64,000 nt of DNA. It comes from the human T2T-CHM13v2.0 reference genome, Homo sapiens. The stretch lies in NCBI RefSeq assembly GCF_009914755.1, contig NC_060928.1; one strand, given 5' to 3'. Shown piece after piece: positions 1 to 11,080 of the stretch. Made by a program: the position numbers and the translations under genes. Each line of letters begins with the position of its first letter. Positions within the stretch are counted from its first letter, which is position 1. The notes under the pieces were generated by a model that searched no databases, was not told the origin of the DNA, and saw nothing but the letters and a program-made list of their open reading frames with translations.

Positions 1-1057
1 GTTATTTAATATTTTATTTGTAATTGCTAAAAGAGTTAGAAGAAAATAGTAAGTACTAAATAAACAATTTTTAGATAAATGAAATAATTAAAAACTTGAA
101 TCTTATTTTGATTATTTATAGTTTGTGGGTGCATTTAAAGATAACCAAAGTCTTATAATTCATTTAGCAGCTTGAGTTATAAGCAGTGGCTCCATCAGGT
201 ATATTTTCCAATGTGCTATGTATGTAATTTTTCTTCTATCAGATAAACTAAAAGCAAACGTAAGAGGAATGCTCTCAACTTTTGCCAGGCCCTCTCTTAG
301 CTTTTGTGCCATGTCCTGGTGACGACTGCACTTGAAATCCCTGGGCTACTGTACTTCTGTGCTATCCTTATTGAGAGAATGGCTTTCGTATGTTTGAAGC
401 CAATGTTTTATTACTCTTTATTTCCTTGATACACCCTTGATATCTTTTGTTCTTCTAGACTCACATTCCAAGGTTACCTCTAGGTTTTCAATATGATATT
501 CATTTGAGAAGACAGAAAGCATACAGACTGTAAGTAAATAAGAGTAACCTTATTATGGACATAATATTTACTCTCACACCCAAACACAATAATTTGTAAA
601 CTTCCATAATAAACTTATATTACTATTAATAATAAATTGCTTGCAACTTAAATAACCATGATGAAAAAACTAGCATTCAGATTCAGTGTTTTTTTTTTAA
701 TTATTAATCTAAAGTATTAAGGATAAAGAATAAACCTTATAGGACCGGTTATTTATTATTTATAAATCTTATCTATAAATTTTAATTTTCCCTGGAGGTT
801 AAAAAATCAGAATACTATTTAGTGGTAATCCCACTATTAAAGTATTTATTTCTAAGTTAATGTAACTTATACTTTGTACTATTTTTTTAAAAAATGCTAT
901 TTGGGGTTGATTGCATAGGTACAAATTATTCCAAAAGTAAAATTTTAAAATGAAGTATGTATTCAGACCCTTTAGAGACATGCTAATGGCAATTCATTCC
1001 TTACTGCTTATTAAAGTAAGCCTGCTAAGCAGACCTACTTATTAGTTGAATGTGTTT

Positions 1058-1855
1058 TAACTGGGTCCTCTCCCCAGAGTTTCATAGGCTGAAATCAACA
1101 TCTCATCTCACTGCAGTCCGACCTGGGGGCTTGACTAAGAAAATATTTACTTTAGGATATTAGCAGAATCCATTTCTTTGTGAAAGTAGAACTGAAGTCC
1201 CCAGTTTCTGTTGGTTGTCAACCAAGAGCTACTATCTGCTTCTAAAGGCCACTCTCAGGCTTTGCCTTGTGGTCCCATCCATTTCTGCAATAGAGTAACT
1301 GTTTCCTCAAATCCTTCTCACACTTCAAACATCTGTATTCTGCTACCAGCTAGAGAAAACTATGCTTTTAAAGAGTTCATGTAGGCCTGATGGGGTGACT
1401 CACGCCTGTAATCCAAGCACTTTGGGAAGTCAAGACAGGAGGATCACTTGAGCCCAGGAGTTTGAGAACAGCCTGGGCAACATAGTAAAACTCTGTCTTT
1501 ACAAAAAATACAAAAATTAGCCAGGCCTGGTGGCAGACACCTGTAGTCTCAGCTACTCAGGAAGCTTAGGCAGGAGGATCACTTGAACCCAGAAGGTTGA
1601 GGCTGCAGTGAGCTATGATCCTGCCACTCCATTCCAGTTTGGGTAACAGAGAGAAACCCTGTCTTTGAAAAAATAAAAATGAAATAAAGAGTTCATGTGG
1701 TTTTGTTAAGTCAATCCAGATGATGTCTTTATCTTAAGTTCAACTGATTCATAGTCCATCTGCAAATACTCTTTTCTTATAAGGTAACATAGTTATAGAA
1801 GTAACATTGAGAGGAGAGTGATCATGACGGCCGTATTAGAATTTAGTCTACCATA
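1058..1855 (-). mobile_element. Old MaLR solo LTR (MLT1 family) interrupted by an AluJ
   Basis: MLT1-like motifs (ggctgaaatcaa, agcagaatccattt, gaactgaagtcccc, tagaatttagtctaccata) on both sides of the Alu; boundaries approximate. Confidence 0.65.
1384..1684 (+). mobile_element. AluJ
   Basis: Dimer with ttgagcccaggagttt and gaggctgcagtgagctatgatc; TSD taaagagttcatgt at 1369-1382 and 1685-1698. Confidence 0.95.
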
Positions 1856-2755
1856 CTAATCTGATCAACACGAAAAATTAATTCATAAAGTATATAAAAG
1901 AGTTTCTCTGAGTAAATTGTATTTTACAAAATTCCTTTCTTTTGAATATGCTAAAAAAATGAGTTATTCATATTGCTAATTGGTATATGTATTTTGTATT
2001 TACAATCGGTTATTTTTTATGTTAATCTTTGAAGGTATTTCATTTAGCTATGTTCTACATTATTATTTTTAATATTAAGGTATTTATACTTTAGTGAACA
2101 ATTTTTTAAAAAATTAGTTTTATTTTTCCAATAAATTAAACTGGGATGCTGTGTTGGTATTATTATTTCTAAGAGTTTGCACTTGTATCACATTAGCACT
2201 TTTACCAGTTGATGCCATAGCAACACTCCAAGTTGCTATTTATTATGCTGTATATTAACAATTATGGTTTCTAATTATAGCGAAATTCCAGTAGATTAGC
2301 ATTCCCCTACTTCCATATATAGTATATAGAATATTAAATCTTGAAATATACTTATGGCTATATTAGGAAGAATGGGTGTTTTTTATTTACCAATACATCT
2401 TTCAAATAATACATTACAGAATTTGCTAATATTGCTATAGTTTGCAGGATTCTCTTATTTAATATGTTAATATGTTAAATGAAATATGCAAATGTCATAA
2501 TGGATTGAATTTAGGTAATCATTAATATTTCTGTGTTATACATTTCTTTAGGTAAATGTATACAAATAGATTATTTAGCTTCACATGAATTACCATCAAT
2601 AATTCCCTTGAATATTAAAAATAAATGTTAATATTTGAGATCTAGCTACTGTATGTAACTCAGGGGTAACTCAGGGATAGAGGAATGTTGAAAGTTCAAA
2701 CACAGAGTCAAATTATTGATGATATTTTGGATTTGCATTTGACTTGACTTTTTCT

Positions 2756-2971
2756 TTTTTCTTTTTTTTTTTTATTATACTTTAAGTTTTAGGGTACATG
2801 TGCACAACGTGCAGATTAGTTACATATGTATACATGTGCCATGTTGGTGTGCTGCACCCACTAACTCATCATTTAACATTAGGTATATCTCCAAATGCTA
2901 TCCCTCCCCGCTCCCCCCACCCCACAACAGGCCCCGGTATGTGATGTTCATAGGTGGGAATTGAACAATGA
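2756..2971 (-). mobile_element. L1PA 3' end, 5'-truncated, with a short 5' inversion
   Basis: polyT then ttattatactttaagttttagggtacatgtgcac; sense-strand piece tcataggtgggaattgaacaatga at 2948-2971; 16-bp TSD tgacttgactttttct at 2740-2755 and 2969-2984. Confidence 0.95.
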
Positions 2972-3229
2972 CTTGACTTTTTCTAACAAGATTTGGTAGT
3001 GTTTTCACATCTTTCTTTTGTGTACTTTTTAACACATAAAATGACAAAATAAGAGCTAAAATATTCTAACTTACCGGAATATAGTAAACTTATGTTAGTA
3101 ATAGGAAAAAATAAGAGAATGGCCAATATTTCAGTACTTTTTTAGACTTGTTCTCTCTCTGAGTGGGTTATATAACCAAGAATAAAATTTAAAAAAATTA
3201 GTTAACATAGACAGTTTACATATATTTAC

Positions 3230-3236
<7 letters not shown>

Positions 3237-3272
<36 letters not shown>
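3237..3272. repeat. (TA)18 microsatellite
   Basis: Pure TA run. Confidence 0.97.
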
Positions 3273-3275
<3 letters not shown>

Positions 3276-3296
3276 CCAAAATTAGGTCTTGGATAG

Positions 3297-5582
3297 TGTA
3301 TTAGTCTGTTTTCATGCTGCTGATAAAGACATACTTGACACTGGGCAATTTGCAAAAGAAAGAGGTTTAATGGACCTACAGCTCCATGTGGCTGGGGAGG
3401 CCTCACAATTATGGCAGAAGGTGAAAGGCACATTTCATGTGATGGCAGACAAGTGAAGAAAGTTTGTGCTAAAAATTCCCCTTTTATAAAACCATCAGAT
3501 CTCATGAGACTTATTCACTATCATGAAATTAGCACAGGAAAGACCTGCCCCCATGATACAATTACCTCCCACCAGGTCCCTCCCATAACACTTAGGAATT
3601 ATGGGAGTTACAATTCAAGATGAGATTTGGGTGGGGACACAGCCAAACCATATCATTCTACCCCTTGCCCCTCCCAAATCTCATGTCTTCACATTTCAAA
3701 ACCAATCATGCCTTCCCAACAGTCCCCCAAAGTCTTAACACATTATAATATTAACTCAAAAGTCCACAGTCCAACATCTCATCTGAGACAAAGCAAGTCC
3801 CTTCCACCTATCAGCCTGTAATATCAAAAGTAAATTAGTTACTTCCTAGATACAATGGAGGTACAGGCATTGGGTAAATAGAGCCATTTGAAATGGGAGA
3901 AATGGGCCAAAACAAAGGGGCTAGAGGCCCCATGTACGTCCAAAATCCAGTGAGGCAGTCAACTTTTAAAGCTCCAAAATTATCTCCTTTGACTCCATGT
4001 CTCACATCCAGGTCACGCTGATGCAAGAAGTGGGTTCCCACAGTCTTGGGGGCTGCCACCTCTGTGTCTTCACATGGTACAGCCTCCCTCTCAGGTGCTT
4101 TCACAGGCTGGCGTTTAGTGACTGCAGCTTTTCCAGGCACATTATGCAAGCTGTCAGTGGTCTACCATTCTGGGGTCTGGAGAATGGTAGCCCTCTTCTC
4201 ACAGCTCCACTAGGCAGTGCCCCAGTGGGGACTCTGTGTGGGGGCTTCAACCCCACATTTCCCTTCCCCACTGCCCTAGTAGAGGTTCTCTATGAGAGCC
4301 TTATGCCTGCCACAAACTTCTGCCTAGACATCTAGGCATTTCCATACATCCTCTGAAATCTAGGCAAAGGTTCCCAAACCTCAGTTCTTGACTTCTATGC
4401 ACCCACAGGCTCAATGCCACATGGAGGCTGCCAAGGCTTGGGGCTTGCACCCTCTAAAGCCACAAGCCACAGCTTGAGCTGGACCTTGGTCCCTTTTAAT
4501 CACAGCTGGAGTGGCTAGGACACAGGGCACCAAGTCCCTAGAGCACACAGCAGAGGGATCCTGGGCCCAGCCCGTGAAACCATTTTTTTCTCCTAGCTCT
4601 CCCTGCCTGTGATGGGAGGAGCTGCTGCAAAGGTCTCTGACATGCCCTGGAGGCATTTTCCCCATTGTCTTGGCGATTAACATTTGGCTCCTAGTTACTT
4701 ATGCACACTTCTGCAGCCAACTTGAATTTCTCCTCAGAAAATGGGATTTTCTTTTCTATCATATTGTCAGGTTGCGAATTTTCCAAACTTTTATGCTCTC
4801 TTTCCCTTATGACATTGAATGCCTTTAATAGCACCCAAGTCGCCTCTTTTGCTTTGCTGCTTAGAAATTTCTTCCACCAGATACCCTAAATCATCTCTCT
4901 CAAAGTTCCACACATTTCTAGGACAGGGGCAAAATGCCATCAGTCTGTCTGCTTAAAACATAACAAGAGCCACCTTTTCTCCATTTTCCAACAAGTTCTT
5001 CATGTCTGTCTGAGACCACCTTAGCCTGGATTTCATTGTCCATATCATTATCAGCATTTTGGTCAAAGCCATTCAACACGACTTTAGGGAATTCCAAACA
5101 CTCCCACATTTTCCTGCCTTCTTCTGAGCCCTCCAAACGGTTCTAACTTCTGCCTGTCACCCAGTTCCAAAGCCGCTTCCACATTTTCAGGTGTCTTTTC
5201 AGCAGCACCCCACCCCTGCTATCAATTTACTGTATTATTCCTTTTTACACTGCTGATAAAGACATACCCAAGACTGGGCAATTTACAAAAAAAAAGAGGT
5301 TTAATGGACTTACAGTTCCACATGGCTGAGGAGGCCTTACAATCATGGTGGAAGAAGATGAAAGGTACATCTCACGTGGTGGCAGACGAGTGAAGAGAGC
5401 GAGTGCAGGGAAACTACCCTTTTATAAAACCATCAGATCTGAGATTTATTCACTATCACAAGAATAGCATGGAAAAAAACTGGCCCAGTGATTCACATAC
5501 GTATCACTAGGTCCCTCCCACAACACGTGGAAATTGTAGGAGTAAGATGAGATTTGTATGGGGACACAGCCAAACCATTTCA
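3297..5582 (-). mobile_element. Full-length THE1 MaLR element, probably THE1B: LTR 3297-3655, internal 3656-5230, LTR 5231-5582
   Basis: Two LTRs (tgtatta...gccaaaccat(a/t)tca) around THE1 internal sequence; 5-bp TSD gatag at 3292-3296 and 5583-5587. Confidence 0.95.
3835..5136 (-). pseudogene. Disrupted THE1 internal ORF remnants
   Basis: Fragments such as MEGSEEGRKMWECLEFPK... match the equivalent fragments in the second THE1; broken by stops and frameshifts. Confidence 0.8.
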
Positions 5583-6774
5583 GATAGCCTACTAAAATAT
5601 CAGTAAGTTGAATTTTAACTATAATCAAACAATTGACTTTTACTGATAGGGAGTGGATATTGAGAAAGAAATGCATTTATGAAGAAACTGCTATAGAATG
5701 AAAAAATTTAATGGTTTTCTACTTGAGATGTTTTCTGTCATTAGACATCTGAGCAGAATCAAATGACTCCTTTATAAAAATCTTCATTTATTCCCTATTA
5801 ATGTGGCAAACACATGTAAATGACATAGTCATTAGCAAGGATGAGTAGGTCATAAATCTGCATTTTCACATTAGTGGGTTGAGTCACATTTGAATTCACT
5901 AAATGAATACAACACATTTTCTTTCACGAGTCAAAATTCCAATAATAGATTTTAAGATTGTTTCATGAAAGTTAGATCCTTCCATTGCTTTCTTCTATCT
6001 TGCCCTTTGACTTTCTGCAAAGACTTTCATTTTTTAGCCAATTTCCTCAGTGAAAAGAACAAAACAGAGGAAGTTTTGAGCTTTGACATGCTCATGATAT
6101 CATTAGCAGGAATACTGTGCATTAATGCAAAGCTGTCTGGCCCTGTAGTGGTCATGTCCCCTGCCTTAAAAGGCTTTGAGATGTTGTAATTATGAATTAA
6201 GGCATAGAACAGTAAATTTGGATAGTACGTTGTAAAGGAAAACTGAAGGCTTTGGTGATATAAGACCCTCACTTCCCCTAATCTCTTGTTATTCAATGAA
6301 GAATGATCATTTTGATGGTCTTTTATTACTACAATCTAATATAAATGAAGGCTTGTTCAGCTGTCTGTGTTTTATGTACTGCTTCCCACAGCACTGGGAC
6401 CCTTCCATATTATTTGACATTACAGCATCACATAGGGAGTTGCCTTAGTGGTTTGCTCTCCTGAGGAAATCCTATTATACGCTTTGAGTCAGTTCATCCA
6501 TGATTGCCTGGGAGAAAATCATTTGTGTTGTTGAAATGTATTCACTTAAATGTTTAAAATCTGGGAGTCCTGGAGATTTTTCATTGAGGAAAAATAATTT
6601 TACATCTTGTGTTATATTTTGATTTTCGATTCTGACCTGATATCAGCAAAGCAATCTAAATATCTCCAGAGCAAAAGTGGAAGTGAGGAGATGACAAGAA
6701 TCATAAATATTCTACTATTTTTGTGGTAAATAGCTCCATGACTTAGTTCCTAAATTCAAAACTCCTCAAAGGAT

Positions 6775-6870
6775 GCTGCCCCATTGCAGCATTGGTACCC
6801 AGCACAATGTCTGGAGTGCAATGACCACTTAATACGCAGTTGTTGAATGCATGGCAATGTGAATGAGGGG
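6775..6870 (+). mobile_element. L2 3' end fragment
   Basis: acccagcacaatgtctgg...cttaata...ttgttgaatg resembles the L2 tail. Confidence 0.5.
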
Positions 6871-8228
6871 AGGGTAAAGAGAGGCAGAGGCAGAACAACA
6901 ACCTATCTCCATTCTTCTTTATGGACACTTGAAAATGCCCTGAGAAAATCTTACGTACTTTTCTGACCTGAGACTATCATAAGGCAATACTTCCAAGGTA
7001 TATGTAAAGCTAGAAGGAAAACAGCCTCTTCATGCTCCCAAGGGCCACTTGTATTTCAAAGGCAAGAATAAGCCTTAATAGCCAGAAATTCTTGGCAACA
7101 GTGCCAAAGAAATGTTAAGCAATAATGACAGAAAATTAGTTATCTTACATTCTACAGGTAGGTTTGTAGAGTACAACAGGCTGACAGGTGCCTGTCAAGA
7201 AAATGATGTTTGACGAGCTATAAAGCATATTTAATATGCTAACCCATTTAGTTAAAGCACCATATGGACCTTGATGATTTGTTTAACTTTGTTCAGTTAA
7301 TATATGTTAAAGTAAACACAGTATGTCTATACTTAAATGAAGCACACATTTTTTGAGTAATGTAATAAATGTATTTTGGATCAAATGTGTTCACTTAAAG
7401 TCACAGATGTAACTGCATTAAAAAGAATATGCAGTTGTCATTAAAACAAAATGTATTTTCTTGTTCAATGAATTGAACTACAAGAAAATAGTGTTTTATT
7501 GAATAACCACTAATCAAGCAAATTGACTTCTAATATGGCACAATTCATTCATTCACATACTTCCAGAGTGTTGCTGCCATGCTCCAGAATTACACTTGTT
7601 TTCCAAAAAGCAAAATATCCCAATGTTTCTATGTGACAAATGACATAGATAATTTACAAAATATTAAATACAATGAATGATTGTTTTAACATTAAATTTT
7701 TATAGAGAAATATAAGGATCCCATTTTTCATACAAAATTATAGTATATTTACTAAATTTATGTTTGTCTAAAAATATATATTACTCATTTGTAGAAAACC
7801 TGTGAGAAAATTTGTTACAGTATGCATGGCAGTATAAATTGAAAAGATTTTAATCACATGTGTAATCAACCTTAAATGTGCCCACAAATACAATCTCATA
7901 AGGAAAAATTTGAGACTATTTTGCAAGAAAATATTCCCCAAATCAGGAAAAAATTATATAGTTTAGATAACTCTATAATAGCAAATGTGAAGAAACATAG
8001 GAAAAAGCTGAGAAATGACCTAAATATCCAAAAATATTGGAAAATTTGAAGAAATTATGAACTGTGTACTTGTTTACATGGTGTTTTGCCAGTAAAAGGG
8101 TAATTATGGAAATACAGAAAACTCCTTTTGCTTCAGCTGTAAATTTTAAAAGATACAAAATTTTAAATATAGTTTATTTATAGATGCACACATTTATTAT
8201 ATAAAAGTATATATTTTTAAAAATTTCA

Positions 8229-8529
8229 GGCCAGGAATGGTGGCTAATGCCTATAATCCCAATTTGGGAGGCTGAGGCAGGACGATTATTTGAGGCCAGG
8301 AGCTCAAGACCAGCTTAGGCAACATAGAGAGACCCCGTCTCTGCAATTTTTTTTTAAACAGCTAGACATGATGTTGCATGCCTGTAGCCATAGATGATCA
8401 GGAGGCTCAGGCAGGAAGATTGCTTGAACCCAGGTGATTGAGGCTGCAATGAGCCATGATAGCACCACTGCCCTTCAGCCTAGGCAACAGAGTAAGACCC
8501 TGTCCAAAAAAAAAAAAAAAAAAAAAAAA
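8229..8529 (+). mobile_element. AluJ
   Basis: ggccagg start, J-type gaggctgcaatgagccatgat, long polyA. Confidence 0.95.
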
Positions 8530-8720
8530 GCCAGAATACTCTTAAGTGATAAGATAGTGGAAACAGGAATAATCTTTTACTCTCTTTATTATTTATTATC
8601 TTCTGAACTTAAAGAATTTTTATTAAAGATTAAAATCTACAAAACAAACAATTTATTGCAATCTTACTTTTTTAAATCTCTTTCACTTAGGATAAATTTT
8701 GTGACCCAGTTTCTTGATGA

Positions 8721-9032
<312 letters not shown>

Positions 9033-9314
9033 AAAAGACAGGTTCTTAACAGGACTACTTATGAAGTTATAAAACACTTTTAACAAATGCTATAACCATA
9101 TGTTTATAGAAAGCATATTTGTCCATTTATCTCTAATGGTTCCTTGTACGGTGATTTTCTTGTAAATATTAAATGCTACAATGGTTTAATTAATGATCGT
9201 TACTCTTTCATCCTCATCTTTATTTGAAGGTACATTATGTTTAGACCAAAACATTAAAAAACAACATTGCTTAATAGCAACTATTTCAAAATTTCAAAAG
9301 AACAGAAAGTTGAC

Positions 9315-9355
9315 AAATGCTACTAAAAGGTAGAGAAATGCTACTAAAAGGTAGA
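9315..9355. repeat. Tandem duplication, 21-bp period (aaatgctactaaaaggtaga x2)
   Basis: Two identical 20-mers separated by one g. Confidence 0.95.
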
Positions 9356-10263
9356 AAAATGTGGTTGGATCTATGAACTTGCATGAGCCAGAGGAGTAAT
9401 GCAGATAAGGTTTCTAAACAAAGAGGACGTCAAAGATGTTGATCTAGAGAAATGGTACAAATGAGAACTACAGGGGGGAGAATAGGGGGAAGAAAAGATG
9501 ACGAAGTAAAATAGGACATGTAATTCAAGAAGTGAAGGCTCTTAATGTATGTTTGTAGAGAACTTTCAGTCTTTTGATCAGAGAATGAGCCAATTCTTGA
9601 AGTAGCATATTTTCCTCTAAGGATGTTCTAAGTCAAGGATACTAGCAATAGATAGGTGTTCTGCTTCTTCTCCTAGTAAGATAATACGATTTTATTATTT
9701 AAGGATTTTCCACCTTAGAATAATTTTCTTAGCTATAAAAAATGGCAAGTATTATGATGAATTAAGTGATAACATAAATACATATATTAAGAATTGATTC
9801 TTCAGCTTTCAAATTCATATTACTAAGGTTTTGCATGTACTGTCTCCAGAACATTTCATAGGATGTTCATATTTCTTTTTAAGTCAAATTATATTTTACT
9901 GTACATTAATTTTCAGCATTTTTTTTAAGAACAAAAGATGTTCTGGACATCTTTCCAAGCATCCTAATAGGATAAAAGAAAATTACACAGGTAAAATTGA
10001 GAAAAATTATTTGAATTTTCACTTCACTATGTGTGCAATTTATCCTTAGTCTAAATTGATGAGGTGGTCTACAGTTTTCTTTTAAAATATGTGATTGTTA
10101 CAGTAATTCTTTAAAATACGTTTGGTAGACTATTTAAAACATTAAGAAATTCATACTCAGATGAGTTAAATGGATTCAGAAATTCAGCCAAATACTACCT
10201 TTGGGAATAAAGCTCAGGGATTTCAGAATCCTGGTATTGTACACTAATTAAAAAAAGCTCTTT

Positions 10264-10305
10264 GCGAGACTCCATCTCAAATAAATAAATAAATAAATAA
10301 TAAAA
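10264..10305 (+). mobile_element. Extremely 5'-truncated Alu (15 nt of body plus (AAAT)n tail)
   Basis: gcgagactccatctc is the Alu 3' terminus; imperfect TSD aaaa(g)ctctt on both sides. Confidence 0.75.
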
Positions 10306-10536
10306 CTCTTGTCCTATAAGCAAATATATTGATTTGTCTATACCATGTGATTATTAACAAAGATGTGTATCTTTAAATATGCAGAAACATTACAATTTAG
10401 GATCAATATAAAAGGAACTGAAAAAATATCTCTTTATAATAACCTAATATATATGGAAAATATATGATATGTACTACTTTTTTCAGAACCATCTTCTGAG
10501 TACAAGCCATCACTATTCAAAAATTGATGATGGCAA

Positions 10537-11080
10537 CTCCCCTCTGGGTATATACCCATAAACATTGGCAGCAGGGACTTGAACAGATATTTGTACACTT
10601 GTGTTCATAGCAGCATTATTTACAATAGACAAAACATGTAAATAGCCCAAATGTTAATTGACACAAAAATGAACAAACAAAATGTGGTATAAATATAATG
10701 GAATATTCTTGAGCCTTAAAAAGGAAGACCATTCTGACACATCATACTGCAGTATAAATGAATCTTACAGTTATTATGCTAAGTGAAATAAGTCAGTGAC
10801 AAAAGGACAAATATTGTATGATTCTACTATATGAGACACCTAGACTAGTCAAATTTATAGAGACACGAGGTAAAATGGTAGTTGCCAAGGGTTCAGGGTG
10901 GGACAAATGGGAAGTTAGTGTTCAATGGACAGAGAATTTCAGTTTGGAAAGATGAAGGAATAAGCTCTGGAGAAAGAGGCTGTTATAAAATGTGAATATG
11001 CTTAATGTCACTAAGCTGTACACCTAAAAGTGGTTAAAATGGGAAATTTTATGTATATTTTATTTTACCACAATAAAAAG
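10537..11080 (+). mobile_element. Old L1 (L1MB-like), ORF2 end and 3' UTR
   Basis: ctgggtatataccc...gttcatagcagcattatttacaatag...atgctaagtgaaataagtcag...tttaccacaataaaa. Confidence 0.9.
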
